DNA of 64,000 nucleotides from Clostridia bacterium. GTDB taxonomy: Bacteria; Bacillota; Clostridia; TANB77; CAG-508. The stretch lies in contig JAFWYK010000003.1 in NCBI GenBank assembly GCA_017517685.1, forward strand, positions 4,860-68,859, given 5' to 3'. Position 1 is the stretch's first letter. Each line of letters starts with the position of its first letter. Positions 26,135 to 37,025 of this stretch are shown in pieces. The translations under genes and the position numbers were made by a program. The notes below the pieces were generated by a model. It worked only from the letters and a program-made list of their open reading frames with translations, searched no databases and was not told the origin of the DNA.

Positions 26135-27496
26135 ATGGATAAACATGAAATAGCTATACCATTTGATGTTGAAGCTATACATGAGGATTCACTAAAAAGA
26201 TTATTAAGAAAATTAAATATATTTGCAAAAACATTAGTAGCAAGATTCTTTGAAATTATAGTTTCTATTATAGGAATTATATCTTTAATTCCACTTTCAA
26301 TAGTTATTTATTTTCAAAACTTAAAAAATGGAGATCAAGGACCAATATTCTATACTCAAGATAGAATAGGTAAAGATGGTAAAGTCTTTAAAATGTACAA
26401 ATTCAGAACAATGGCTAAAAATGCTGATGAGATTTTAGCTGCTATGCTACAAAATGAAGAAAACAGAGAAGAGTATAGTACATATAGAAAGTTTAGACAT
26501 GATCCAAGACTTACTAAATTCGGTGAAATTTTAAGAGAAAAATCTTTAGATGAGTTTCCTCAATTTATAAATGTTTTAAAAGGTGATATGACAATAGTAG
26601 GACCACGTCCTTATATGCCAGAAGAAAAAGAAAAGATGGGTGAATACTATGATAGAATAGTAAGTCATAAACCTGGTATGACAGGAGTGTTCCAAATATC
26701 AGCTAAAGAGAGAGTAACATTTGCTGAAAGATTAGATATGGATATTAAATATCATTATAGAAAATCTTTAAAAGTAGATTTAAAGATTGCTATAATTACT
26801 CTTTTAGTTACTTTTGTTAGAAAAGAAACATATAACTTAGGTGAAATAACAGCAGATACTGCTGGATACATATCAAGATTATTAACATTATTTGTTAAAA
26901 GAATAATAGATATAATCGGAGCTATAGTTGGAATAATAATTTTAGTTCCATTAACGGCTATAGTTTGGATTGTAAATAATTTATCTGGAGATCATGGGCC
27001 ACTTTTCTATTCACATGAAAGAATAGGGAAAAATGGAAAACATTTCAAAATGTATAAATTCAGAAGTATGTGTATGAATTCTCAAGAGATTCTAGAAAAA
27101 CTGCTTGCTGAAGATGAAGAGGCTCGTAAAGAGTGGAATGATACAATGAAATTAAGAAATGATCCTAGAATAACAAAAATAGGAAAAATTTTAAGAAAAA
27201 CAAGTTTAGATGAATTTCCACAATTTATAAATGTTCTTAAAGGTGAGATGAGTCTTGTTGGACCAAGAGCTGTTATAGATGGCGAAATAGAAAAATTTGG
27301 AATATATAAAGATACTGTTTTAAGTGTTAGACCAGGTATAACTGGTAATTGGGCTGCGAATGGTAGAAGTGATATTCCTTATGAAGAAAGAGTAGAACTT
27401 GAAAGATATTATGCAGAAAATGTTTCGTTGTGGTTTGATATAGAAATATTATTTAAGACTGTAATATCTGTTATAAAAAAAGAAGGGGCTGTTTAA
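26135..27496 (+). CDS. Tandem-duplicated bacterial sugar transferase (two monotopic phosphoglycosyl-transferase modules in one polypeptide)
   Basis: Two ~220-aa repeats, each with a hydrophobic re-entrant helix, KMYKFR(T/S)M, DPR(L/I)TK.G..LR..SLDEFPQFINVLKG.M..VGPR. Confidence 0.85.
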   Translation: MDKHEIAIPFDVEAIHEDSLKRLLRKLNIFAKTLVARFFEIIVSIIGIISLIPLSIVIYFQNLKNGDQGPIFYTQDRIGKDGKVFKMYKFRTMAKNADEILAAMLQNEENREEYSTYRKFRHDPRLTKFGEILREKSLDEFPQFINVLKGDMTIVGPRPYMPEEKEKMGEYYDRIVSHKPGMTGVFQISAKERVTFAERLDMDIKYHYRKSLKVDLKIAIITLLVTFVRKETYNLGEITADTAGYISRLLTLFVKRIIDIIGAIVGIIILVPLTAIVWIVNNLSGDHGPLFYSHERIGKNGKHFKMYKFRSMCMNSQEILEKLLAEDEEARKEWNDTMKLRNDPRITKIGKILRKTSLDEFPQFINVLKGEMSLVGPRAVIDGEIEKFGIYKDTVLSVRPGITGNWAANGRSDIPYEERVELERYYAENVSLWFDIEILFKTVISVIKKEGAV

Positions 27497-27498
27497 GA

Positions 27499-28611
27499 AT
27501 GGAGCAAAAACCGATAAGAGTTGCTCAAATAGTAGGAAAATGGTTAGGTGGTGGAGTAGAATCTTTTATAATGAATTATTATAGAAATATTGATAGAGAA
27601 AAAATACAATTTGATTTCATTATAGATTCAGATTCAACAGTTGTTCCTAAAGAAGAAATAGAAAAAATGGGTGGAAGAATTATAAAAATACCACCATATC
27701 AAAATTTAATAAAATATATGATATCTTTGATAAAGATATTTAAAGAAAATAATTATAAAATTGTACATTCGCATTTAAATTCTTTAAGCGTGTTTCCATT
27801 GTTTTGTGCATATGTATCTAATGTTCCAGTGAGAATTGCACATTCGCATTCAACAACAAATAGAAAAGAATGGAAAAAAAATATAATAAAAATGATTTTA
27901 AAACCTTTTTCAAAAGTGTTTGCAACAAATTATTTCGCGTGTACAGCACATGCAGCAAAATGGTTGTTTGGAAAAAAATGCTTTAAGGATGGAAAAGTAA
28001 GAATTATAAACAACGCTATAAATATAAGAAAATTTACTTATGACGAAATGGTAAGAGAAAAAATTAGAAAAGAATTGCAAATAGAAAATAAAGTTGTATA
28101 TGGACATGTTGGAAGATTTGTAAAGCAAAAAAATCATATTTTTTTAATTAATGTTTATAAAGAGATATTGCAACAAAATGAAAATTCGATGCTATTATTA
28201 ATTGGTGATGGTCCATTGGAAGAAAAAATCAGAAAAATAGTAAAAGAATATGAAATAGATAATAAAGTAATGTTTTTAGGAATTAAAGAAAATGTTAATG
28301 AAATAATGCAAGCATTAGATTATTTTATATTTCCAAGCTTGTATGAAGGGTTGGGGATGGTAGCTATTGAAGCACAATGTTCAAATTTACCGGTTATTGT
28401 TTCAGATAAAGTTCCAAAAGATGTGTTTATTACGGACAATATTATATCTATACCATTGAGTTTTAAAAAAGAGATATGGGCAGAAATAATATTAAAAAGA
28501 AATTTTCAAAGTAGAAATGATATGAAAGTAAAAATTGCAAGTTCTGGGTTTGATATTACAGTAGAAAAGAATAGATTGCAAGAAATATATTTAGAATTAG
28601 TTAGGAAATAG
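27499..28611 (+). CDS. Glycosyltransferase family 4 (GT-B)
   Basis: C-terminal EX7E region PSLYEGLGMVAIEAQCSNLPVIVSD. Confidence 0.8.
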   Translation: MEQKPIRVAQIVGKWLGGGVESFIMNYYRNIDREKIQFDFIIDSDSTVVPKEEIEKMGGRIIKIPPYQNLIKYMISLIKIFKENNYKIVHSHLNSLSVFPLFCAYVSNVPVRIAHSHSTTNRKEWKKNIIKMILKPFSKVFATNYFACTAHAAKWLFGKKCFKDGKVRIINNAINIRKFTYDEMVREKIRKELQIENKVVYGHVGRFVKQKNHIFLINVYKEILQQNENSMLLLIGDGPLEEKIRKIVKEYEIDNKVMFLGIKENVNEIMQALDYFIFPSLYEGLGMVAIEAQCSNLPVIVSDKVPKDVFITDNIISIPLSFKKEIWAEIILKRNFQSRNDMKVKIASSGFDITVEKNRLQEIYLELVRK

Positions 28612-28617
28612 ATTAAA

Positions 28618-29718
28618 ATGAATGTTTTAATGGTTGTTAAAAACTTAAGATTATCGAATGGTGTATCAAGTTATGTAATGAATTATTATAGAAAATTAAT
28701 TAAGTGTGACGATATTAATATTGATTTTTTAGTAGTATCAGATGTTGGATCTTCTTATTATGATGAAATATATAATAATGGAAGCAAAATTTTTTTTATG
28801 CCTAAATTAAAAAATATTTACAAATGTTATAAGTATTTGGAAGAGATTTTTTCTAATAATAAATATGACATATTACATTCTAACGTTTTAAATAGTGATG
28901 CGATTATTGCTATAGTTGCAAAAAAATATGATGTACCTGTTAGAATTTTACATAGTCATGCTACACAAAATGGAGATCGTTTTTGGAAAAAAATTATAAA
29001 TTGGCCATTTTTTCAAATAGCAAAGAAATGTTCTAATGTTTTTTTTGCTTGTTCAAAAAAAGCGGGTGATAATCTTTTTAAAAAAAGTGATTATCACTTA
29101 ATATATAATTCAATTGATTATGAAAAATTTAAGTATTCGGAAGAATTTAGAAAACAGATTAGAAAAGAAAATAATGTAGAACAAGGAACATTAGTATTAG
29201 GTACTATAGCTAGAATTACTAAACAAAAAAATCCTTTTTTTATAGTTGATATCATAGAAATGCTAAAAAAACAAAATGTAAATTTCGTTTTTTGGTGGCT
29301 AGGAAATGGTGATTTAGATGATGAAATTAAAATGTATGCAAATAGTAAGAATGTTGCTGATAAAATAAAATTTTTTGGAGCGACGGATGATATTTATAAA
29401 TATTATTCAGCTTTAGATATGTTTTTGCTGCCATCTTTTTATGAAGGATTACCGGTAGTTGGTATTGAAGCACAAATAAATGGCTTATTATGTATGTTTT
29501 CTACTAATATAAGCGAAGAAGTTAAATTAAATAATAATGTGTTTTTTTTGAACATAAATAATCCAAGTATATGGTATGATAATATTTTAAGTAAAGAATG
29601 TTATGAACATATCAACGTGAGATATGATGATATAAAAAAATATAATATAGATGATTCTGCTGAGGATTTGAAAAAGATATACATACAGTTATGTAATAAA
29701 TATAGAAAGGAAATGTAA
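28618..29718 (+). CDS. Glycosyltransferase family 4 (GT-B)
   Basis: PSFYEGLPVVGIEAQINGL motif; paralogous layout to the preceding gene. Confidence 0.8.
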   Translation: MNVLMVVKNLRLSNGVSSYVMNYYRKLIKCDDINIDFLVVSDVGSSYYDEIYNNGSKIFFMPKLKNIYKCYKYLEEIFSNNKYDILHSNVLNSDAIIAIVAKKYDVPVRILHSHATQNGDRFWKKIINWPFFQIAKKCSNVFFACSKKAGDNLFKKSDYHLIYNSIDYEKFKYSEEFRKQIRKENNVEQGTLVLGTIARITKQKNPFFIVDIIEMLKKQNVNFVFWWLGNGDLDDEIKMYANSKNVADKIKFFGATDDIYKYYSALDMFLLPSFYEGLPVVGIEAQINGLLCMFSTNISEEVKLNNNVFFLNINNPSIWYDNILSKECYEHINVRYDDIKKYNIDDSAEDLKKIYIQLCNKYRKEM

Positions 29719-30482
29719 TGCGAAAATTAGAGTTACAGGAAATAAAAACGATAGAAATAGACATTTTAAAAGCATTTGTTGAATTTTGTGATAAGAATAA
29801 TTTAAAATATTATATTTCATATGGTACTTTATTGGGAGCTGTAAGACATAAAGGATTTATTCCTTGGGATGATGATATTGATGTTCTTATGACGAGAGAT
29901 GATTATAATAAGTTTGTTGATATGATGAAGAAACAAAGTATTAATAATGAAATTGATTTTATTTGTGTACAAAATGATACATGGTATGAACCAATTGGTA
30001 AGTTAATTAATAATAAAACTTATGTAGATTGTGATAAAAAATATAGATGTGGAGTTTGGATTGATATTTTTCCAATAGATAATTATTGTGAAAAAACATT
30101 TAGACTTAATAAATTTTTAAGAAATGTTTTAATTTCAAAAGAAACTAAAAAAATTAATTTCAAGAACAAAAAAGATTATGTAAAATTGTTTTTGAAATTA
30201 TTATTTTTATGGGTGTCGAAGCTAAAAATTGCTAAATATATTGATAAAAGAACTTTAGAGATTAGTGAATCTGGAGAGTATGGTCAGATGACGTTTGCAA
30301 TAAAACCGATAAAAATATATAAAGAAAACTTAAAAGGTGATTATATTGAATTTGAAGGGATGTTATTAAGAACATTATCTAATTATAAAGATTTTTTAAA
30401 GAGAACTTATGGAGATTATATGGTTTTGCCACCAGAGAATAAAAGAAAAAATCATATGATTGATGCATATATAGATGATTAA
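29718..30482 (+). CDS. licD: LicD-family phosphotransferase (transfers a phospho-alcohol from a CDP donor)
   Basis: YGTLLGAVRHKGFIPWDDDIDVLM signature of LicD. Confidence 0.8.
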   Translation: MRKLELQEIKTIEIDILKAFVEFCDKNNLKYYISYGTLLGAVRHKGFIPWDDDIDVLMTRDDYNKFVDMMKKQSINNEIDFICVQNDTWYEPIGKLINNKTYVDCDKKYRCGVWIDIFPIDNYCEKTFRLNKFLRNVLISKETKKINFKNKKDYVKLFLKLLFLWVSKLKIAKYIDKRTLEISESGEYGQMTFAIKPIKIYKENLKGDYIEFEGMLLRTLSNYKDFLKRTYGDYMVLPPENKRKNHMIDAYIDD

Positions 30483-30496
30483 GAAAGAGGATCAAG

Positions 30497-31600
30497 ATGA
30501 AAATTATATATATAGTGAAATCAAGATTGCATTTTTATCCACCTTGTGTCTCTCAAATTAGGATGATAAAAGATTTAGGGTTTGATATTGATGTGTTGTA
30601 TGGAACTTGTGATGATAATACGTTAAAATTATTAGAAGAAGAAAATATAAATACAATCAAAGTATCAAATATTAAAGAAGAATACTTTGGTAAATTAAAT
30701 AAGTTGATTGGCTGGTTGAAATTTAGATTAGATTTAAAAAAATATTTATCTAAAAATTATAATAAAGAAGATATATTATGGTTTGGTAATGCAGAAACGG
30801 TTATTCCAATGAAGTTTTTATTGAAGGGTAAAAAATATATAGTCTCATTACTCGAATTATTAGATGAGGCTCCATTAAAAAGATTTTTATTACATGGTAT
30901 TCTTGAAAATGCAAGAAGAGTTACTTGTTGTGAAGAAACTAGAGCTTATATAATAAAATATTGGTATTCATTAAAGTATTTACCAGATGTTTTACCAAAT
31001 AAAGCATATAAACAAATAACACAAAAATGTATTGAGCCTTCTAATATAATAACTAAAAAAATTATTGATGAAATTAAAGGTGAAGATATTATTATATATC
31101 AAGGGTATTTGCAAAATACGGAAGAATTGCTTGAGATTGCATACGCATTAAAGATGTGTAAAAAGAAATATAAATTTGTTTTGATGGGAATAGATGAATA
31201 TAATAGTTATTCAAAAATAAAAGATATATTTTCTAATACGGTATTTTATGAATATGTTCCAGCACCACTACATTTAGAAATAACAAGTTATGCTAGAATT
31301 GGAATATTGTTTTATAGACCTACTATTCTAAATAAAGCTTTTTGCGCACCTAATAAAATATTTGAGTATAGCGGATTTGGAATCCCTATGATAGGTAATG
31401 ATATTCCAGGTTTAAACAATACTATTGGAATTTCAAGAGCTGGAAGATGTATTACTCTAGAAAGAAATAATGTTTTGCAAATAATTGAAGAGATTGAAGA
31501 AAATTATGAAGAGTATAAGAATAACGCTTTGAAGTTTTTTGATTCTGTAAATAATAAAGATGTTATAGAAAAAATTTTAATAGCATTAAAAGAAAAATAG
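30497..31600 (+). CDS. Putative glycosyltransferase (GT-B-like)
   Basis: Size, locus context and C-terminal ...NKIFEYSGFGIPMIGNDIPG... resemble a GT-B nucleotide-sugar binding region. Confidence 0.45.
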   Translation: MKIIYIVKSRLHFYPPCVSQIRMIKDLGFDIDVLYGTCDDNTLKLLEEENINTIKVSNIKEEYFGKLNKLIGWLKFRLDLKKYLSKNYNKEDILWFGNAETVIPMKFLLKGKKYIVSLLELLDEAPLKRFLLHGILENARRVTCCEETRAYIIKYWYSLKYLPDVLPNKAYKQITQKCIEPSNIITKKIIDEIKGEDIIIYQGYLQNTEELLEIAYALKMCKKKYKFVLMGIDEYNSYSKIKDIFSNTVFYEYVPAPLHLEITSYARIGILFYRPTILNKAFCAPNKIFEYSGFGIPMIGNDIPGLNNTIGISRAGRCITLERNNVLQIIEEIEENYEEYKNNALKFFDSVNNKDVIEKILIALKEK

Positions 31601-31647
31601 AAAGGATCAAGTTAAGGTTTCCTTAAGATAAAACCATATAATTTGAT

Positions 31648-32874
31648 GTGGATAAAATGAGAGAATTTAAAATTAAAAAGAACGATTTATTATTATGGCT
31701 GTTAGTTTTTTTTAGTATTAAAATAACATGTATATCATATGTTTCGGATTTTTTAAATATACTTTGGTATATTTTTACAATAATTTCTATAGCAATATCA
31801 ATTTTTTATTTAAGTAATAATAAAAGGCTTACAAAATTTGATTATGGGATTGTATTGTTTTATATTATATTGCTTATGGCTACTTTAAAAAATGGTGTGT
31901 CTTTATATAATTATATTAAGGATATTATATATTTCTTTTCGATTTATTTAACGATGAGAGTTGGAATTGAAATGAATTTTAAAAAATATATAAAATATTC
32001 AACATTTTTTCTTAATTTATATACAATAATAAATACTTTAACAACTATTATTTATTATCCTAATGCTATGTTTAGAGATAATTTAAACCCAATATTCTTT
32101 TTAGGTGGGGATAATACATCGGTAAGATTGTATGTGTTATGTATTGGTTTTAATGTCTTAAACAATTTTTATAAAACAGAAAAAATAAAATTTCCGATTG
32201 TTTCTTTAACGAATCTTTTAGTGTTTTCAATGATTAGAGATTTAGGAGGAGGAAAAGGATGTTTTTTAATAATGTTTGTAACTATTATTTATTTTTTATA
32301 TGTAAAAAAAGAAAATAATAGAATTATGAGAAATATTATAATAATTAATATAATATTGTTTTTTATGTTAGTAATATTTAATAATATTGAAATATTTAAA
32401 TTTATTATTGTAAACATATTGCATAGAAATTTATCTTTAACTGATAGAACCATTATTTGGGATATCACAATACAAGAAATTATAAAACAACCAATTTTGG
32501 GACATGGATTTGTTAATGGATTAGAATTTCAAGCTTTATTACCACATCTAATTGGTATCAATGCGCATAATACATATTTAATGATTTTGTTTACAGGTGG
32601 AATATTATTAATGGCGTCTTTCTTATGGATTGTTTATACTACTGTAAAAGAATTTGATAATAAGTATCATTATTCAAAAGTGATTTATATAATTCCTGTT
32701 TGTTTATTTACATTATTAATTAGAGGTCAAATTGAAGGTTGGGATGTTTCATTAATATTTTTACTATTAGCAATGTGTAATTATTATAAGTTGATAGAAG
32801 AAGATATAAAAAGTAATAATATTAGTAGGAAAGAAAAGGATGAAAAAAAATTTTTTAAAATATATAAATTCTAA
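31648..32874 (+). CDS. wzy: O-antigen polymerase/ligase (Wzy) family membrane protein
   Basis: About 10 TM segments; Wzy_C-like loop GHGF...INAHNTYLMILFTGG. Confidence 0.7.
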   Translation: MDKMREFKIKKNDLLLWLLVFFSIKITCISYVSDFLNILWYIFTIISIAISIFYLSNNKRLTKFDYGIVLFYIILLMATLKNGVSLYNYIKDIIYFFSIYLTMRVGIEMNFKKYIKYSTFFLNLYTIINTLTTIIYYPNAMFRDNLNPIFFLGGDNTSVRLYVLCIGFNVLNNFYKTEKIKFPIVSLTNLLVFSMIRDLGGGKGCFLIMFVTIIYFLYVKKENNRIMRNIIIINIILFFMLVIFNNIEIFKFIIVNILHRNLSLTDRTIIWDITIQEIIKQPILGHGFVNGLEFQALLPHLIGINAHNTYLMILFTGGILLMASFLWIVYTTVKEFDNKYHYSKVIYIIPVCLFTLLIRGQIEGWDVSLIFLLLAMCNYYKLIEEDIKSNNISRKEKDEKKFFKIYKF

Positions 32875-34117
32875 AATTGTAAAAAATAGCTTTTGGTTAA
32901 GCATTTTACAAATTGTAAATACAATTATTCCGATGATAACAATTCCATACATAACAAGAACTCTAGGTGCAGAACAGTATGGTAATTTTTCAATTGCGTT
33001 GAATTGGATCGTTTATATTCAAGTTTTGGTTGAATTTGGATTTGCTTTAAATGGAGCTCGAAAAGTTGCGGTATTTGAAAATGTTAAAGAAGAAATAGAG
33101 AAATTATTTAATAATATAATATCATCAAGAATTTTGTTACTTGTTATTTCATTTATTTTATTGAATATTTTAACGATTGTTTTTAATTATAGTGAAGTTA
33201 TTTATATATGTATGTTGTTATTATTTACTATGATAATAGGTGTGGCGTTTCAACTAACATGGCTTTTTCAAGGGAAACAAGATATGAGATTTATTACTAT
33301 AATAAATCTTATTGGTAGAATGATTTCTGTAGTATTAACGTTTGTTTTTGTGAAGAGTAGCAAAGATATTTATTTGTATTGCTTCTTTTACGCTCTTACA
33401 ACTATTATTTCGAGTATAATAAGTTTAATTGTTGTATATAAAAAATATAATTTGAAATTTAAGTTTAGTAAATTTGAAGATATAAAGAATGAAATTTCGG
33501 AAGGAAAATATTTATTTATTTCAGCGGCTATGATGAAGATTTTTAGTGGATTTGGCATTACAGTTTTAGGATTTGTTGAGTCTTCTGCTAAAGTAGGAAT
33601 TTATTCTGCAATTTATAAAATTCCTTATATTTTAACGTTGTTTTTTTCTGCAATTTCACAATCTATATATCCTTATGTTAGTGTAGAATTTAATAAAAGT
33701 TATAATAATGGTATAAAAACTGTAAAAAAATTATTTTTTCCGATATTTTTTATGTTTTTTATAATGTCAATAATAATAATATTTTTAAAAGATTTTATTA
33801 TTGACATATTATTTGGAAGAGAATATTTATTATATTCTGATATAGTAGTTCCATTAATAATACAGTTTTTATTTGCAATAGTAAATAATTTTGTTGGGGT
33901 TCAAATTTTACTTGCTAGTAATAAACAAAAAATTTATACTAAAAGTTTTACAATTAGTTGTATATGTATAGTGATTTGTAATGTTATATTAGGAAAAATG
34001 TTTGGATTATTTGGAATTGCATATGCTGCGTTAATAGGTGAAATGATACTGTGTATAACTTTATTAATTGCAATGAAGTTTTTTATAAAGAGAAAGGATG
34101 TCAAAGAAAATGATTAA
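32840..34117 (+). CDS. wzx: Polysaccharide flippase (Wzx, MOP superfamily)
   Basis: 425 aa and polytopic; N-terminal ...IPMITIPYITRTLGAEQYG typical of Wzx; overlaps the wzy stop. Confidence 0.75.
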   Translation: MKKNFLKYINSKIVKNSFWLSILQIVNTIIPMITIPYITRTLGAEQYGNFSIALNWIVYIQVLVEFGFALNGARKVAVFENVKEEIEKLFNNIISSRILLLVISFILLNILTIVFNYSEVIYICMLLLFTMIIGVAFQLTWLFQGKQDMRFITIINLIGRMISVVLTFVFVKSSKDIYLYCFFYALTTIISSIISLIVVYKKYNLKFKFSKFEDIKNEISEGKYLFISAAMMKIFSGFGITVLGFVESSAKVGIYSAIYKIPYILTLFFSAISQSIYPYVSVEFNKSYNNGIKTVKKLFFPIFFMFFIMSIIIIFLKDFIIDILFGREYLLYSDIVVPLIIQFLFAIVNNFVGVQILLASNKQKIYTKSFTISCICIVICNVILGKMFGLFGIAYAALIGEMILCITLLIAMKFFIKRKDVKEND

Positions 34118-35213
34118 AATACTAAGTATTTTTGGAACAAGGCCAGAAGCTATAAAAATGGCTCCGTTAATAAAAGAATTAGAAAGTAGAAAAGAAATAA
34201 AAAGTTATGTTTGCGTTACAGCACAACATAGAGAAATGTTAGATCAGGTATTAGATACATTTAATATAAAACCAGATTTTGATTTAAATATTATGAAAAG
34301 CGGACAAACGTTAGTTGATATTACTTGTGAAGTAATGAAAAAATTAAATGAAGTCCTAGTTAAATTAAAACCGGATATGGTTCTTGTACATGGAGATACA
34401 TCAACAACTTTTTCTTCAACTTTAGCTGCTTATTATAATCGAGTTAAGATTGGACATGTTGAAGCTGGATTAAGAACGTGGAACAAATATTCACCTTTTC
34501 CTGAAGAAATGAATAGACAAATGGTTGATTGCTGTACTGATTTATATTTTGCGCCCACACAAACGAGCAAAAATAATTTAATAAAAGAAGGTAAAGACGT
34601 ATCTAAAATTGTAGTTACTGGAAATACAGCGATTGATGCGATGAAATTAACAATAGATGAAAAATATAATAATAACTTAATTGAGGATGGAAATGGTGAA
34701 AGAATAATATTATTAACGGCTCATAGAAGAGAAAATTGGGGCGAACCTATGAAAAATATTTTTAGAGCTATTTCACGAATAATTGAAGAATATGATGATA
34801 TTAAAGTTATATATCCAATTCACAAGAATCCTATAGTTAGAGAATGTGCAGAAGAGATTTTTGGAAAAAATTCGAAAGTAAAAATTATCGAACCATTGGA
34901 AGTTTATGATTTTCATAATTTTATGAATAAATCATTTTTGATATTAACAGATAGTGGAGGTATTCAAGAAGAAGCTCCATCACTTGGAAAACCGGTTTTA
35001 GTACTTAGAGATACAACTGAAAGACCTGAAGGAATTGAAGCCGGTACATTAAGATTAGTTGGTACTAATGAAGAAACTATATATGAAAACATTAGAGAAT
35101 TATTAGATAATAAAGATAGTTATTTAAAAATGAGTCAAGCATCAAATCCATATGGAGATGGATTTGCTAGCAAGTATATTGTTGATTCTATTATTAATTA
35201 TTTCTCAAAATAA
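34098..35213 (+). CDS. wecB: UDP-N-acetylglucosamine 2-epimerase (non-hydrolysing)
   Basis: IFGTRPEAIKMAP, HVEAGLRT and DSGGIQEEAPSLGKPVLVLR motifs. The start may be ATG 34110. Confidence 0.9.
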   Translation: MSKKMIKILSIFGTRPEAIKMAPLIKELESRKEIKSYVCVTAQHREMLDQVLDTFNIKPDFDLNIMKSGQTLVDITCEVMKKLNEVLVKLKPDMVLVHGDTSTTFSSTLAAYYNRVKIGHVEAGLRTWNKYSPFPEEMNRQMVDCCTDLYFAPTQTSKNNLIKEGKDVSKIVVTGNTAIDAMKLTIDEKYNNNLIEDGNGERIILLTAHRRENWGEPMKNIFRAISRIIEEYDDIKVIYPIHKNPIVRECAEEIFGKNSKVKIIEPLEVYDFHNFMNKSFLILTDSGGIQEEAPSLGKPVLVLRDTTERPEGIEAGTLRLVGTNEETIYENIRELLDNKDSYLKMSQASNPYGDGFASKYIVDSIINYFSK

Positions 35214-35228
35214 AGTAGGAGAATTAAA

Positions 35229-35951
35229 ATGATAAAAAATATTATTAACAAGTTGATTTATGGATACAAAGCAACAAGTGAAAGCTATATTAAATATTTA
35301 AAAAATAATAATGTTAAGGTAGGAGAAAATGTAAGAATATTTATGCCAAAACAAACTACCATAGATACTTTAAATGCTCATCTTTTAGAAATTGGTGATA
35401 ATGTTTGTTTAACTGGTCCTGTTACGATATTGACACATGATTACTCAACTCATGTTTTAAATTTGTATTCTCAAAATGTTTTAGGAAAACAAAAAAAAGT
35501 TAAAATCGGTAATAATGTTTTTTTAGGATATGGTTGTACAATTTTGTGTGGAACTACTATAGGAAATAATTGTATAATTGGAGCTGGAGCAGTAGTAACA
35601 GGAAATGTAGAAGATAATTCTGTATATGCTGGAAATCCTGCCAGAAAAATAATGACGTTAGATTCTTATTATGAAAAAGTAATAAATAATCAATTAAAAG
35701 ATGCTGTTAATATATATGTATCTTATAAAGAAAGATTTAATAAAGTTCCACCAATTGAATTATTTCATGAATATTTTCTTTTATTTATACAAGATTATAA
35801 GGAGGCTCAAAAATATTTTAAAAATAAGTTAATTGAAGAGAATTTTACAGAAGAATTGTTTGGTAAATATTTAATAAATAATAAGAATAAATTTGATAAT
35901 TATAGTGTTTTTTGTAATTATTGTGAAGAACAAATAAATAATAGGAGATGA
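35229..35951 (+). CDS. Left-handed beta-helix (hexapeptide) acyl/acetyltransferase
   Basis: Hexapeptide repeats IGNNVFLGYGCTILCGTTIGNNCIIGAGAVVTGNV...AGNPARKI. Confidence 0.8.
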   Translation: MIKNIINKLIYGYKATSESYIKYLKNNNVKVGENVRIFMPKQTTIDTLNAHLLEIGDNVCLTGPVTILTHDYSTHVLNLYSQNVLGKQKKVKIGNNVFLGYGCTILCGTTIGNNCIIGAGAVVTGNVEDNSVYAGNPARKIMTLDSYYEKVINNQLKDAVNIYVSYKERFNKVPPIELFHEYFLLFIQDYKEAQKYFKNKLIEENFTEELFGKYLINNKNKFDNYSVFCNYCEEQINNRR

Positions 35952-35955
35952 ATAT

Positions 35956-37014
35956 ATGTATATTTTAAATGAAAACATAAAAAAATTAGATAGAATATTT
36001 GATCAACATAAAAGAGCTGGATATTTAAGGTTAGATTTAAATGAAAATCCTGTTGGATTACCAGAAGAGTTTATAAAAAAAGTTTTAGGTACGATAGATC
36101 AAGAATTTGTATCACAATATCCTGAGACTCTTGAATTTACAGAATGTTTAGCAAAATATTTAGGTGTGGAAATAAGTAATATTAATTTAGTAAATGGTTC
36201 TTCTGAAGGAATTAGAAATATAATACAAGCTTATACTTCTGAAAATGGAAAAATTGTAGGTGTGACACCAACATATGCAATGTTTGAAGTATATTGTAAA
36301 ATGTATAATCGTAATTTTATTCCAGTAAAATATACTGAAGATTTGAAAATGCCAATAGAAAATATATTGAAAGAAATGACTGATGATGTACAATTATTGA
36401 TAATTGTTAATCCTAATAATCCTGTTGGAAATGTATATTCAAAAGAAGAAATGGAAATTATTATTAATAAAGCTAAAGAAAATGAAATTACTGTTTTAAT
36501 TGATGAAGCTTATATTGATTTTGATCCTAAAACATTTATAAATTTTGCTTTAGAAAATGAAAATATTTTTGTTACTAGAACGTTTTCAAAATTATTTTCT
36601 TTAGCAGGATGTAGATTAGGGTATGTTATAGGATGGCCAGAAGGTATTAAAATGATACAAAAATTATGTACACCACATAATGTTAATGCATTTTCAATGA
36701 AATTTGCTCAAGCGATTATAGAAACACCTGGCATGGTTGATGAATTAAGAAAAAAACAATTAGATGGAAAACAATATTTAATAAAAATGTTGGAAGAAAA
36801 TCAGTATGAATTTAATGCTGGTGGTGGGAATTTTATTTTTATAAAACCTAAAACTAATGCAAGTGATATTGTAAAAAAGATGAAAGATATAAAGCAAATA
36901 TTAATTAAGCAATATAGTGGAATTGGAGTTCTAGGAAATTGCTTAAGAGTAACAACTGGAGAAAAGAGTGCAATGGAAAAATTTGTACAAGCTTTATTAG
37001 AATTAGATAAATAG
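35956..37014 (+). CDS. PLP-dependent class I/II enzyme of the HisC/CobD type (aminotransferase or phospho-amino-acid decarboxylase)
   Basis: NPNNPVG motif and PLP-lysine context RTFSKLFSLAGCRLGY. Confidence 0.75.
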   Translation: MYILNENIKKLDRIFDQHKRAGYLRLDLNENPVGLPEEFIKKVLGTIDQEFVSQYPETLEFTECLAKYLGVEISNINLVNGSSEGIRNIIQAYTSENGKIVGVTPTYAMFEVYCKMYNRNFIPVKYTEDLKMPIENILKEMTDDVQLLIIVNPNNPVGNVYSKEEMEIIINKAKENEITVLIDEAYIDFDPKTFINFALENENIFVTRTFSKLFSLAGCRLGYVIGWPEGIKMIQKLCTPHNVNAFSMKFAQAIIETPGMVDELRKKQLDGKQYLIKMLEENQYEFNAGGGNFIFIKPKTNASDIVKKMKDIKQILIKQYSGIGVLGNCLRVTTGEKSAMEKFVQALLELDK

Positions 37015-37025
37015 AGGTGTTAAAG

